NCBI GenBank assembly: GCA_024405635.1 | Contig: JAKSOL010000026.1 | Location: 1 to 37,692, forward strand | DNA length: 37,692 bases | DNA from: Salinivirgaceae bacterium | GTDB lineage: Bacteria > Bacteroidota > Bacteroidia > Bacteroidales > SZUA-534 | Reading direction: 5' to 3' | In this document: in pieces, positions 1 to 9,464 of the stretch | How positions within the stretch are numbered: position 1 is the stretch's first letter | Layout of the letters: the number at the start of each line of letters is the position of its first letter | The notes under the pieces: generated by a model | Seen by the model: the letters and a program-made list of their open reading frames with translations, nothing else | What the model was told of the DNA's origin: nothing | Databases searched by the model: none | Translations under genes and position numbers: made by a program

Positions 1-350
1 ATATTTGGATTTACGACTACCGCACAAATATTCATCATACGTTAAAGAAATCTCCGTTGACTTTCGAAGATTTGTCAGACTTTATAAAATGCTATAATCC
101 AGAGAATAGACATGTACGTACCGAGACTTGGAGCGAAGAAAATCCAGAAGGCCGTTGGCGTAAGTTTACCTACGATGAGGTAATAGCGCGCGACAAAACT
201 AACCTTGATATATTCTGGTTAAAAGACAAAAGCCTAACAGATTTGGATAATCTTCCAGATCCTGATGAAATAGCCGAGGATATAATAGCCAACTTGGAGG
301 AAGGAATTGGAAGTTTTAAAAAGGTGTTGGAGTTGTTGAAAGGAGAATAG
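1..350 (+). CDS. hsdM: Type I restriction-modification methyltransferase (HsdM / N-6 DNA methylase), C-terminal fragment, 5'-truncated
   Basis: Frame open from position 3: IWIYDYRTNIHHTLKKSPLTFEDLSDFIKCY...RWRKFTYDEVIARDKTNLDIFWLKD...LPDPDEIAEDII, typical of the HsdM C-terminus; stop TAG 348-350. Confidence 0.8.
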   Translation, partial: IWIYDYRTNIHHTLKKSPLTFEDLSDFIKCYNPENRHVRTETWSEENPEGRWRKFTYDEVIARDKTNLDIFWLKDKSLTDLDNLPDPDEIAEDIIANLEEGIGSFKKVLELLKGE

Positions 351-403
351 TTAAATACTAGTGTTTAGGCTTAAAAGATGTTTTTTTTGAAGGAGATGAA
401 ATG

Positions 404-442
404 AACAAAAGGCTTCATTTAATAAGAGGGAAGCCTTTTGTT
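404..442. terminator. Bidirectional intrinsic terminator
   Basis: AACAAAAGGCTTC (404-416) / GAAGCCTTTTGTT (430-442) inverted repeat between convergent genes. Confidence 0.75.
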
Positions 443-458
443 TGCTGTAGTAATAAAT

Positions 459-1358
459 CTACCAAAGTTTTGTGGGATATTTGCCGTCGTTAACTAGTTG
501 CTTGATTTTTGCAACGGTTGCGGGGCGGTCTTCTTGGTATGTTACACCAAACCATTTTGCTTCTGAAGGAATGACTTTGGTTTTTACTTTGCCTTCTTTC
601 ATAAGGTCGTCAACTACAAATGGAATGTAGAATTCGGCTTTTGGATTGTTGTGGTTTGCGTTTATGAATTGAGTGAATTTTTCTTCAAGATGGTTGAATA
701 GGCTAGGGTCAAATCCCCAAAAGTTCATTGAGACTGGTACTTTGCCATCAACTTCAACTTCGGAGCCGTCAACTGTGAATGCTATTTTGCCGTTTTGATT
801 GTGGCCAATGTTTGTGCGTTCAGTTATTTCGGTTAGGTAGCCTTGTTGGTCAACTGAGCAAATGCCTCTCGATACTGTTCCAAAATCGGATAGTGTACGG
901 TCGAGTTGGTATCCGCACATGGCGTATTCTGATGGAGAAACACCGTTGGTTAAAAATTTAGCCATTTCGGTGTAAGCTTCGGCTCCATAAAAATCGTCGG
1001 CATTAATAACTGCAAAAGGTTCGTTTATTAAGTCTTTGGCCATAAGTATGGCGTGGCCTGTTCCCCAAGGTTTTACACGGTCGGCTGGGACTTGCAAACC
1101 TGCTGGTATTTTGTCAATTTCTTGAAAAGCTAGTTCAACTTCAATTTTTCCTTCGAGTTTGCTGACAAACATTTCACGAAAATCGGCTTCAAAGCTTTTA
1201 CGAATAATGAACACAACTTTGCCAAAGCCTGCGCGTAAAGCATCAAAAACTGAGTAGTCCATAATAGTTTCGCCCGATGTGCCAAGTTTGTCAAGTTGTT
1301 TTAGTCCTCCGTAGCGGCTTCCCATGCCGGCTGCTAATATTAAAAGTGTAGGTTTCAT
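459..1358 (-). CDS. Sugar-phosphate nucleotidyltransferase (NTP_transferase family)
   Basis: N-terminal LLILAAGMGSRYGGLKQ, PWGTGHA and VINADDFYG motifs; 299 aa. Confidence 0.85.
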   Translation of the reverse strand: MKPTLLILAAGMGSRYGGLKQLDKLGTSGETIMDYSVFDALRAGFGKVVFIIRKSFEADFREMFVSKLEGKIEVELAFQEIDKIPAGLQVPADRVKPWGTGHAILMAKDLINEPFAVINADDFYGAEAYTEMAKFLTNGVSPSEYAMCGYQLDRTLSDFGTVSRGICSVDQQGYLTEITERTNIGHNQNGKIAFTVDGSEVEVDGKVPVSMNFWGFDPSLFNHLEEKFTQFINANHNNPKAEFYIPFVVDDLMKEGKVKTKVIPSEAKWFGVTYQEDRPATVAKIKQLVNDGKYPTKLW

Positions 1359-1381
1359 TTTATTGTGTGTTTATGTGTTTG

Positions 1382-1412
1382 CAAAGGTAGAAAGCCGTAG
1401 CATTATGGCAAT
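1382..1412 (-). promoter_or_regulatory. Bacteroidota primary-sigma promoter for the nucleotidyltransferase
   Basis: Minus strand ATTG-19 nt-TACCTTTG, close to TTTG-N19-21-TAnnTTTG, about 24 nt upstream of the ATG. Confidence 0.65.
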
Positions 1413-1460
1413 TGAAAAATGTTTTGTGTGTTAACTAAAAAAGTATGGCTTGTTGTTAAT

Positions 1461-1486
1461 AAAAAAGCCAACCTTAAGGTTGGCTT
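1461..1486 (-). terminator. Intrinsic terminator after the FecR gene
   Basis: AAGCCAACC-TTAA-GGTTGGCTT hairpin with an A-run at 1461-1466 (U-tract on minus strand). Confidence 0.75.
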
Positions 1487-1508
1487 CCTTCGATGTGGAA
1501 TAAATCCA

Positions 1509-2465
1509 TTATCGATTTTTAAACACAATTTTATCGTCAGTAATTGTATATGACCAACTCATGGCAGTTGCAATCACTTCGGCAAAGTGGTGAACTGAAG
1601 GGTTATCGAATTTGCCAGTGTAGCAAATATTGTCGCAGTTGGTTGGTAAAACAATGGTGTGATTTAGGAATTCGCCCATTTGTGTTGCAATGGTTGAAAT
1701 TGGATCGTTGTTGTAGTTGAATTGTTTTGTTGCCCAACTCAATTGGTTCATGTCAATGTTTTTTACTGCTACAATGCGGTGGCGGCGACTATTGAAAGTT
1801 GCTTGTTGTCCTTTTATAATTTCAGCATTTGAACCTTTGTCGCCAAACAAAACTCGACCAGAAACTACAGATAACTGAATATATTTTGAGTCGTTATAGG
1901 CCTTTACGTTAAATTCGGTTCCAAGCACTTTTGTAAAAGTGTTGTGGTGTGTTTTTACAACAAATTGGTCGCCAGTGTGTGTTACTGCAAACGAAGCTTC
2001 GCCGTTAAGTTCAACATTGCGTTGTTTTTTGTTGGCGTTGTATGTGTAAACCAACGTGGTGTTTTTGTTAAGGTTAACTACTGAACCGTCTGGTAAAACA
2101 GAAGATAGAGGTTCGTTTGTTGTGCTAAAAATTATTTGTTCGGTTTGTGGAGCAAATAAACTAAAGATGCCAAATATTAGGGCTATGGCAGCAGCTACAG
2201 CGCCAGACCAAAGGCTGATAACGCGACCTTTAGTTTTTTTAACTAATTGAGTTTTAGTTATTTGTTTGAATTGGCTCCATGCGGCGTCAACATCAACTTC
2301 GATGTTGAAATTTGCTTTGCCAGTGAGATTCCAAGTAGCAACAAGCTCGGCATACTCATCAGCATTAGCAGGAGTACGCAACCAAGCGTCGAGTTCTTGT
2401 TGCTCGGCTGCTGAAAGGTTGCCTTCTGCCAATTGGCGTGAAATTATGTCGTAGATATTGTTCAT
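1509..2465 (-). CDS. FecR-family anti-sigma factor
   Basis: Cytoplasmic N-terminus (EQQELDAWL), one TM helix (SGAVAAAIALIFGIFSLF), FecR core LPDGSVVNLN...LNGEASFAV...VLGTEFNV; directly downstream of an ECF sigma gene. Confidence 0.9.
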   Translation of the reverse strand: MNNIYDIISRQLAEGNLSAAEQQELDAWLRTPANADEYAELVATWNLTGKANFNIEVDVDAAWSQFKQITKTQLVKKTKGRVISLWSGAVAAAIALIFGIFSLFAPQTEQIIFSTTNEPLSSVLPDGSVVNLNKNTTLVYTYNANKKQRNVELNGEASFAVTHTGDQFVVKTHHNTFTKVLGTEFNVKAYNDSKYIQLSVVSGRVLFGDKGSNAEIIKGQQATFNSRRHRIVAVKNIDMNQLSWATKQFNYNNDPISTIATQMGEFLNHTIVLPTNCDNICYTGKFDNPSVHHFAEVIATAMSWSYTITDDKIVFKNR

Positions 2466-2482
2466 GTTTTTATGCTACAAAA

Positions 2483-3043
2483 TCAAGTTAATGACAACCA
2501 AACTAAACTTAACCCTACCTCAATTGCGAAAAAAATAATCGAATAGTTTAAATAAGGTCGCAAAAGTTCGCGTAAGTCTTTGAGTGCCTTTGTAATATGT
2601 TTTTCAACAGATTTTATACTAATGTTTAATGTGTCGGCAATTTCTTGGTTTGACATGCCCTGGTATCGGCTTAACGAAAATACTTCTTGGCATTTTGGGG
2701 GAAGTGTGGAAATTGCTTTTACAATAGCTTGTTCCACCTCGCCTTCAAGATAGGTGCCGTGTCCTTCAACTGATGTCGATTCGCTATAGGCCGACATGTC
2801 GTTAGAAAGTTGAATATGAGCTTGCTTCTCAAGGTGGTTTAAGGCAGTGTTAATGGTTGAGCGGTGCAAGTACGACTTTATGTTTGACTGAATAATTATT
2901 TCGTCTTTTCTTGACCAAAAATTAACAAACACTTGTTGGGCAATGTCGGTAGCCGTTTCGCGGTCTTTTACAATGGTGTTGGCAATGGTGCACATCATTG
3001 CAAAATAAGTTCGGTATATATTTTCAAATTCTTTTTCGGTCAT
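2483..3043 (-). CDS. ECF RNA polymerase sigma-70 factor (Bacteroidota expansion type)
   Basis: Likely start MTEKEFENIY (ATG 3043); region 2 DIAQQVFVNFW, region 4 LPPKCQEVFSLSRYQGMSNQEIADTLNISIKSVEKHI. Confidence 0.9.
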   Translation of the reverse strand: MTEKEFENIYRTYFAMMCTIANTIVKDRETATDIAQQVFVNFWSRKDEIIIQSNIKSYLHRSTINTALNHLEKQAHIQLSNDMSAYSESTSVEGHGTYLEGEVEQAIVKAISTLPPKCQEVFSLSRYQGMSNQEIADTLNISIKSVEKHITKALKDLRELLRPYLNYSIIFFAIEVGLSLVWLSLT

Positions 3044-3327
3044 TGCCCGTAGGTTGGAGCCGCTAAAATAATCAGAACGCCGATTATTTGAACATAAAAA
3101 AAAGAGTTGTATCAAACTGATGCTTGCTTTATGCGGAGGCATATTTATGTATAGCAAAATGCAAATGGTTTATTTGTCTTTGTTACTATGGTTTGTTATA
3201 AAAATCAAAATGCCTCGTTTTGGATACATTTCAGAGTGGAATAGTGATATGTACAACTTATTCACACACATATATTAGTTAACTAAAAAAACTACATTTG
3301 CCCAGAAACCTTAAATGTTTTAGGATT

Positions 3328-6102
3328 ATGAAACAAAACTACAAAACAGGTTTGGCTGCTGTATTGTGCGCTTTGAGCATCAGCGCATCGGCTCAGTTGT
3401 CAAGCAACCCAGATAAATTCTTGGGAAACATTACTACGGGAGGTAATAATGTTGATTATAATGGTGTAATTTTTTCCGATTTGTGGAATCAAATTACTCC
3501 AGAAAACGAGACCAAATGGTCGTCGGTACAAGGTGGTTCGGCAACACAATGGAACTGGGGTGGCGCCGACAAGTGTAATAACTATGCAACAGAAAAAGGT
3601 TTGTTGTTTAAGTTCCACTGCTTTGCATGGGGATCGCAATACCCATCGTGGATTGAGAAACTTACACCAGCCGATCGCTATGCCGCATTTATTAATTGGA
3701 TGGATGGAGCGAAAAAGCAATATCCTAATTTGGCAGTGATTGACGTAGTTAATGAGGCTATTGAAGGTCACCAAGCTGGAACAAAGTACTTTGAAGAGGC
3801 TTTGGGCGGAAAAGGTAAAACTGGCTACGATTGGATTGTAAACGCATTTAAATTGGCCGCAGAGCGTTGGCCTAATGCTATTTTGATTTACAACGACTTT
3901 AACACTTTCCGTTGGCAAAAGAAAGAATACATTGATTTGGTAAAAACACTTCGAGACGCTGGAGCTCCTATTGATGCATACGGTATGCAAAGTCACGACT
4001 TGACAGATATGGAGTTTGATGAATTTAAAGCAGCCATGGACGAGATTCAAGATTCGTTGTTGATGCCTATGTATAGCACAGAGTACGATATTGGTACAGG
4101 AGACGATGCTTTGCAATTGAAACGCTATAAAGCACAAATCCCATACATGTGGGAGAAAGATTATTTCGCAGGTTTAACTCTTTGGGGCTTTGTTTATGGT
4201 AAAACATGGACAACAGACGGAAACTCTGGTATTATTAAAAATCCTAGTAAGGGAGTTTACACTGAACGTCCTGCATTTACATGGTTGAAAGAGTATATGG
4301 CTACCGATGCTGCAAAAACAGCAAAAAGTCCATTCCCTGCATATAAGAAAGAGGCTTCAATTTATATTGCACCAAAAGCAATTCGTATGCCAATTGATGA
4401 GGTTGTGCCAGTTACTGTAAACGCACATCTAAATAATGGCAAAACAATAAAAAGCGTTGCTTTGTATGCAAATGGTTCGCTTGTTGAAACAGCAACCTCA
4501 GCACCATACGAATTTAGCTATCAACCAGAAAAACTTGGTTACGTTCGTTTGAAAGCTGTAGTTACCGACACTGAAGATCGCGAATACACTCGCGTAGGTG
4601 GTGTTACTATTCACAAACCACGCAAACCTTTTGGTGGCGTTGCAACAGTATTGCCAGGTACTCTTGAACTTGAAAACTTTGACGAAGGTGGCGAGTCTGT
4701 TGCTTACCACGATAGCGATACCACAAATAGCGGTAGCAAACTAGACTATCGTACTGGCATTGGTGTTGATTTGAAAGAAGAAAATGACGGCATTGTTGTT
4801 ATGAGTACATCAAAAGGTGAATGGTTAGAGTACACCGTTGATGTAAAAGAAGAAGGAATTTACGAATATGACCTTATTGTAAAAACTTCGGCATCTCTAT
4901 CGCAAATTAGTTTGATGTTGGCTGATGACGGATTGGAGAACTTGTGCACAATAGTTCCTTACAATGCTGAGTTTAAAGGCAAATACCAATCAATTAAAGG
5001 TCGTTTTGCCAAAGAGTTGACAGCGGGCAAACACATTTTGCGTGTTGCTATCGACGCTTCTGGTGCTTACATTGACAAAATCAACTTTAAACACATTAAC
5101 ATAAACAAAGACCTTATTACTAACATTGAAACCGATGTTAAGAAGGTTGTAATGGGCGGAACAGTTAATGTTTCAGTTCAAACCTCGGTTTCGTCAACTG
5201 CTACCGATATAAAGGTTGCTAAAGTTGATGTTTATGTGGGCGATAAACTTGAAATTACCTCTGATAAAGTACCATTTAGCTTCAGCTTTAAAACTGAAGA
5301 ACTTGGAACTTGCGTAGTTAAAGCTATTGCATTTGACAATAATGGTTACGAGGCTCCTGAGGCTACTGCTGAGGTTGTAGTTAAAGGACAACGTAAACCA
5401 TACAAAGCAAAGAGTATTCCAGGTACCATTGAAATTGAAAACTTCGACATTGCTGGTGAGGGACAATCGTTCCACGATAGCGATGCTAACGACGAAGGTG
5501 GTGCTAAATATCGTACCGACAATGAAGGTGTTGACATTATCAAGCTAGACAATGGCGGTTATGCAGTTGGATACACAGCAGCAGGCGAGTGGCTTGAGTA
5601 CACTGTTAATGTTACCAAAGCTGGCGAGTACGATTATGAAATTGTTGCTGCTACAGGATCAAGCACTTCTAGTTTCCAACTTGGTATGAAAGACGATAGC
5701 GATAAAGTGGTTAACATTTCAAACAATATTGCTATACCAATGTTAAAAGAGAGCGATTGGAACCAATACACAACAATTAAAGGTTCGCTAACCAAAGAGT
5801 TGAAAGAGGGCGAGCAAGTAATTAGATTGACAATTGTTAACGATTACTGCAACATTGATAAAATACGCTTGTTCCTAAAAGGTACAACTCCTGAACCAGA
5901 CGACGATGATGCAATTGTTGAGGTTGTAAGCAACGATATTTGCATCTACAATGTTTACACAACTGCAGGTATTTTGGTTGGCCAAATGACTGCTAACATT
6001 GAGAATATTAAAGAGGAGTTGGCTAAATTGGTTGGCGGTAAAGGCTTGTTTATTGTTAAAAACACCGAAAACGGCGCGGCTAAACTAATGAGCACATTCT
6101 AA
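3328..6102 (+). CDS. Secreted GH10 endo-1,4-beta-xylanase with Ig-like and two CBM6-like modules, T9SS-type C-terminus (paralog 1)
   Basis: Signal peptide from ATG 3328; GH10 motifs ITPENETKW, DVVNEA (acid/base), STEYDI (nucleophile); two PGT(L/I)E.ENFD..G...(Y/F)HDSD modules; C-terminal YNVYTTAG...GLFIVK. Confidence 0.88.
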   Translation: MKQNYKTGLAAVLCALSISASAQLSSNPDKFLGNITTGGNNVDYNGVIFSDLWNQITPENETKWSSVQGGSATQWNWGGADKCNNYATEKGLLFKFHCFAWGSQYPSWIEKLTPADRYAAFINWMDGAKKQYPNLAVIDVVNEAIEGHQAGTKYFEEALGGKGKTGYDWIVNAFKLAAERWPNAILIYNDFNTFRWQKKEYIDLVKTLRDAGAPIDAYGMQSHDLTDMEFDEFKAAMDEIQDSLLMPMYSTEYDIGTGDDALQLKRYKAQIPYMWEKDYFAGLTLWGFVYGKTWTTDGNSGIIKNPSKGVYTERPAFTWLKEYMATDAAKTAKSPFPAYKKEASIYIAPKAIRMPIDEVVPVTVNAHLNNGKTIKSVALYANGSLVETATSAPYEFSYQPEKLGYVRLKAVVTDTEDREYTRVGGVTIHKPRKPFGGVATVLPGTLELENFDEGGESVAYHDSDTTNSGSKLDYRTGIGVDLKEENDGIVVMSTSKGEWLEYTVDVKEEGIYEYDLIVKTSASLSQISLMLADDGLENLCTIVPYNAEFKGKYQSIKGRFAKELTAGKHILRVAIDASGAYIDKINFKHININKDLITNIETDVKKVVMGGTVNVSVQTSVSSTATDIKVAKVDVYVGDKLEITSDKVPFSFSFKTEELGTCVVKAIAFDNNGYEAPEATAEVVVKGQRKPYKAKSIPGTIEIENFDIAGEGQSFHDSDANDEGGAKYRTDNEGVDIIKLDNGGYAVGYTAAGEWLEYTVNVTKAGEYDYEIVAATGSSTSSFQLGMKDDSDKVVNISNNIAIPMLKESDWNQYTTIKGSLTKELKEGEQVIRLTIVNDYCNIDKIRLFLKGTTPEPDDDDAIVEVVSNDICIYNVYTTAGILVGQMTANIENIKEELAKLVGGKGLFIVKNTENGAAKLMSTF

Positions 6103-6141
6103 TTATTATAGTTCAGACATAGTCTGAATTAAAGAATAAAG

Positions 6142-6174
6142 GCACCCAAGGTTTATACTTTGGGTGCTTTTTTT
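6142..6174 (+). terminator. Intrinsic terminator after xylanase 1
   Basis: GCACCCAA...TTGGGTGC hairpin followed by T7. Confidence 0.8.
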
Positions 6175-6284
6175 ATCAATCTGTTGACTTGAAAACTTTA
6201 AGTCTTGATATTTGTTATCAACACAACTACAATCAAACACGAAAAAACAATACCTTCGGTCCCAATAACCTTTAAAATTTTGAT

Positions 6285-9020
6285 ATGAAGAATCACTACA
6301 GAAGAACATTGGCAGTGGCACTTTGCGCAACGTTGAGTGTCGGTGCTTCAGCTCAATTGTCGAGCAATCCAGACAAATTTCTGGGAAACATTACCACCTA
6401 CGGTCAGGTGGATTATGAAGGGGTGGTTTACTCAACCTTGTGGAATGAGATTACACCAGAAAACGAAACAAAATGGGAGTCGATTGAAGGAAACGGTCGC
6501 GGCATCTTTAACTGGGATGGAGCCGACCGTAGTTACAATTATGCTAAAGAGCATGGCTTCCCATTTAAGTTTCACTGCTTAATTTGGGGCGCACAATATC
6601 CTAGCTGGATGAATTCACTTTCGACCAACGACCAACACGATGCGCTTGTAGAGTGGTATGATGCTGTAAAAGAACATTATAACACCATCGATTTGATTGA
6701 TGTGGTTAACGAAGCTATTAAAGGTCACCAACCTGCACCTTTCCGTAATGCGCTAGGTGGAGAGGGAAAAACTGGTTACGATTGGATTATTAGAGCATTT
6801 GAAATGGCTCACGAGCGTTGGCCAGAAGCTATTTTGATTTATAACGACTACAACTCGGTTTTGCATCAACGTAAAGAATTTATCGATTTGGTTAAAACAT
6901 TGCGTGATGCTGGTGCTCCAATTGACGCTTACGGTTTGCAAAGTCACGACCTTAACGCTACAAAGGACAACATGACTTTCGATTTGTTTAAAAAATACTT
7001 CGATGAGTTAAACGATTCGTTGTTGATGCCAGCTTACAGTACCGAGTATGATATTGACGAGGCTAGCGACGATGTTCAGTTGCGCCAATACAAAGACCAA
7101 ATTCCATACATGTGGGAGAAAGACTACTTTGCAGGTCTTACTCTTTGGGGTTACGTTTTTGGTCGCACTTGGGTCGATAACTCTGGTATTGTTCGCAATC
7201 CAAAGAACGGAACATTTACCGAACGCCCAGCATATACTTGGTTAAAAGAATATATGGCGAGTGATGCTGCAAAAAATGCAAAAAGCCCATTCCCAAATTT
7301 TAAGAAAGAAGCTTCAGTTTACATTGCGCCTTATGCTTTGCGCATGCCAGTTAACGAGCCAGTTCCTGTTACCGTAAAGGCTGAACTTCATAATGGTAAA
7401 ACTATTGCCAGTGTTGCTCTTTATGCAAATGGCGAATTGGTATCAACCTTAACATCAGCACCTTATGTGTTTAGTTATAATCCAACCAAAGAGGGTTATG
7501 TTCGCCTTAATGCAGTTGTTACCGATACCGATAACAAAGAATACAAACGAGTTGGTGGTGTAACAATTCATTCGGCACGCTCGCCTTATGCTGGCGCAAT
7601 TGCAATGCCTGGCACTCTTGAGGCCGAAAATTTTGATAATGGTCAAGATGGCATAACATTCCACGACAACGACTCCAAAAACAGCGGTGGTAACGAATAC
7701 CGCGAAAATGTTGGAGGCGTTGACTTTATGGCCGAAAATAATGGTGTTGTTATTAGCAACACTTTTGGCGAAGAATGGCTTGAGTACACAGTTGATGTAA
7801 AAGAGGCTGGTTTGTACGAATATGAAGTGGTAGCAGCAGCAACCTCAAAAAATGCCAACTTCAACATCCTTTTGTCCGACGGCTCGTTGCTCGAAACACT
7901 TGCATCAGTTAAAGTTCCTTACGACGAGGATAAACAATACAAATCGGTAGTTGGTCGTTTTAGTCAAGAACTTACTGCTGGAAAGCACGTTATTCGCATT
8001 GCATTTGTAGCATCGGGAACAAAACTCGATAAAATCAACCTTAAACACGTAAATATCAATAAAGGCATTACTGCTGAAATTAAAATGGATGCCGAGAAAA
8101 TTGTGTTGGGCGAGTCGTTGAACATTACCGTTCAAACAAGCGTATCGGCAACAACCGACCAAATTGCCAAAGTTGATGTTTATGTAGCTGGTGCATTGGC
8201 AAAATCAATGACTACAGCACCTTACACATTTGCTTACAAAGCAGAATCGACTGGTACATTTGATGTTCGTGCTATTGCATTTGATGCAAACGGATTTGAG
8301 GCTCCAGAGGCAACTGCAACATTTGTAGTAAAACCTCCACGTTCGCCATACGCTACAGTAACCATTCCTGGTGTTATTGAAGCTGAAAACTTTGATGCTG
8401 GTGGCGAAGGCGACTCGTTCCACGATAGCGATGAAAAAGATGAAGGCGCAGTTGGTTATCGTGCCGATAATGAAGGAGTTGATATTGTAACTGGAAACAA
8501 AGGTTATGCAATTGGATACACAGCAGCAGGCGAGTGGCTTGAATATACAGTAAATGTTGCTAAAACAGCAAACTACGAGTTTCGAGCCGTTGTGTCATCG
8601 GGTAGCGATGGCTCTGCATTTACAATTGCACTAATGAACAACGGAAAAGCAACAAGCCTTGCAAGAGTTAACGTGCCAAATGGTGGTAGCTGGGATACTT
8701 ACAAAGCAGTAAACGGCAAACTTAGCAAGCAACTTGAGGCTGGCGAGCAAGTAATTCGTTTCACAATTAACGGTGCATATTGCAATATCGACAAGGTTTA
8801 CATTTTTGAGGAAGGAACAACTCCTGACGCTATTGCCGATGTTGTGAGCGACCAAATTAGCACCTACAATGTTTACACCACAGCAGGTATTTTGGTCGGC
8901 CAAGTAACAGCAAATGCTGAAACAATTAAAGAAGCTTTGCGTGTTTTGACTGGCGACAATGGCTTGTATGTTGTTAAAAATGTTGACAACGGTGCAGCAA
9001 AACTAATGAGCACATACTAG
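6285..9020 (+). CDS. Secreted GH10 endo-1,4-beta-xylanase with Ig-like and two CBM6-like modules, T9SS-type C-terminus (paralog 2)
   Basis: Same architecture and motifs as 3328-6102 (SAQLSSNPDKFLGNITT, DVVNEA, STEYDI, GAAKLMST). Confidence 0.88.
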   Translation: MKNHYRRTLAVALCATLSVGASAQLSSNPDKFLGNITTYGQVDYEGVVYSTLWNEITPENETKWESIEGNGRGIFNWDGADRSYNYAKEHGFPFKFHCLIWGAQYPSWMNSLSTNDQHDALVEWYDAVKEHYNTIDLIDVVNEAIKGHQPAPFRNALGGEGKTGYDWIIRAFEMAHERWPEAILIYNDYNSVLHQRKEFIDLVKTLRDAGAPIDAYGLQSHDLNATKDNMTFDLFKKYFDELNDSLLMPAYSTEYDIDEASDDVQLRQYKDQIPYMWEKDYFAGLTLWGYVFGRTWVDNSGIVRNPKNGTFTERPAYTWLKEYMASDAAKNAKSPFPNFKKEASVYIAPYALRMPVNEPVPVTVKAELHNGKTIASVALYANGELVSTLTSAPYVFSYNPTKEGYVRLNAVVTDTDNKEYKRVGGVTIHSARSPYAGAIAMPGTLEAENFDNGQDGITFHDNDSKNSGGNEYRENVGGVDFMAENNGVVISNTFGEEWLEYTVDVKEAGLYEYEVVAAATSKNANFNILLSDGSLLETLASVKVPYDEDKQYKSVVGRFSQELTAGKHVIRIAFVASGTKLDKINLKHVNINKGITAEIKMDAEKIVLGESLNITVQTSVSATTDQIAKVDVYVAGALAKSMTTAPYTFAYKAESTGTFDVRAIAFDANGFEAPEATATFVVKPPRSPYATVTIPGVIEAENFDAGGEGDSFHDSDEKDEGAVGYRADNEGVDIVTGNKGYAIGYTAAGEWLEYTVNVAKTANYEFRAVVSSGSDGSAFTIALMNNGKATSLARVNVPNGGSWDTYKAVNGKLSKQLEAGEQVIRFTINGAYCNIDKVYIFEEGTTPDAIADVVSDQISTYNVYTTAGILVGQVTANAETIKEALRVLTGDNGLYVVKNVDNGAAKLMSTY

Positions 9021-9053
9021 TGCAATAACAGCCGTATAATACGGCGGGTATAT

Positions 9054-9097
9054 AAAAACTCCCAAAGTGGCGAACGTCCGCTTTGGGAGTTTTTTTT
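9054..9097 (+). terminator. Intrinsic terminator after xylanase 2
   Basis: AAAAACTCCCAAAGTGG-loop-CCGCTTTGGGAGTTTTT hairpin with T-tract. Confidence 0.85.
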
Positions 9098-9225
9098 GTT
9101 TTCAATGTGAGTTGACGATTAGGTAAAACTCAATTGTAAGATTGAGAGAAAAAAATGAACTTTTTTTTGAAAAACGTAGTGCATTTTTTTTTTTGGTTAA
9201 AAAGCAATTTGTGACGTTTGATTCA

Positions 9226-9338
9226 TGTAACATATAAAATGCAGATATACAAGCAAATGGCGCTTTTTGTGTAACATAAATAAAGATATCTGTAACGTAC
9301 ACGGAAACACGTGAAACAAGGAAAAAGAAACGTGTAAC
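9226..9338 (+). promoter_or_regulatory. Phased TGTAAC direct repeats upstream of susC (candidate HTCS/AraC-type operator)
   Basis: TGTAAC at 9270, 9291, 9333 and TGAAAC at 9312 (exact 21-bp period); a further TGTAAC at 9226. Confidence 0.6.
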
Positions 9339-9464
9339 AGGAAGGAAGAGTTGTTCAGAAATGTTGTTTGATTTTTACAATCGGAAAAAGCATAGGCCTA
9401 TTCCGAATGTGAATTGCAAGTGATTATGTCACCTATTATTAAACAAAAACCAAAAAAACAAAGT

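Noticed and set aside
3400-4137. 245-aa minus-strand ORF and the many other antisense or alternate-frame ORFs inside long genes
   Set aside because: They fully overlap well-supported genes, show no recognisable motifs, and are expected shadows of codon bias.
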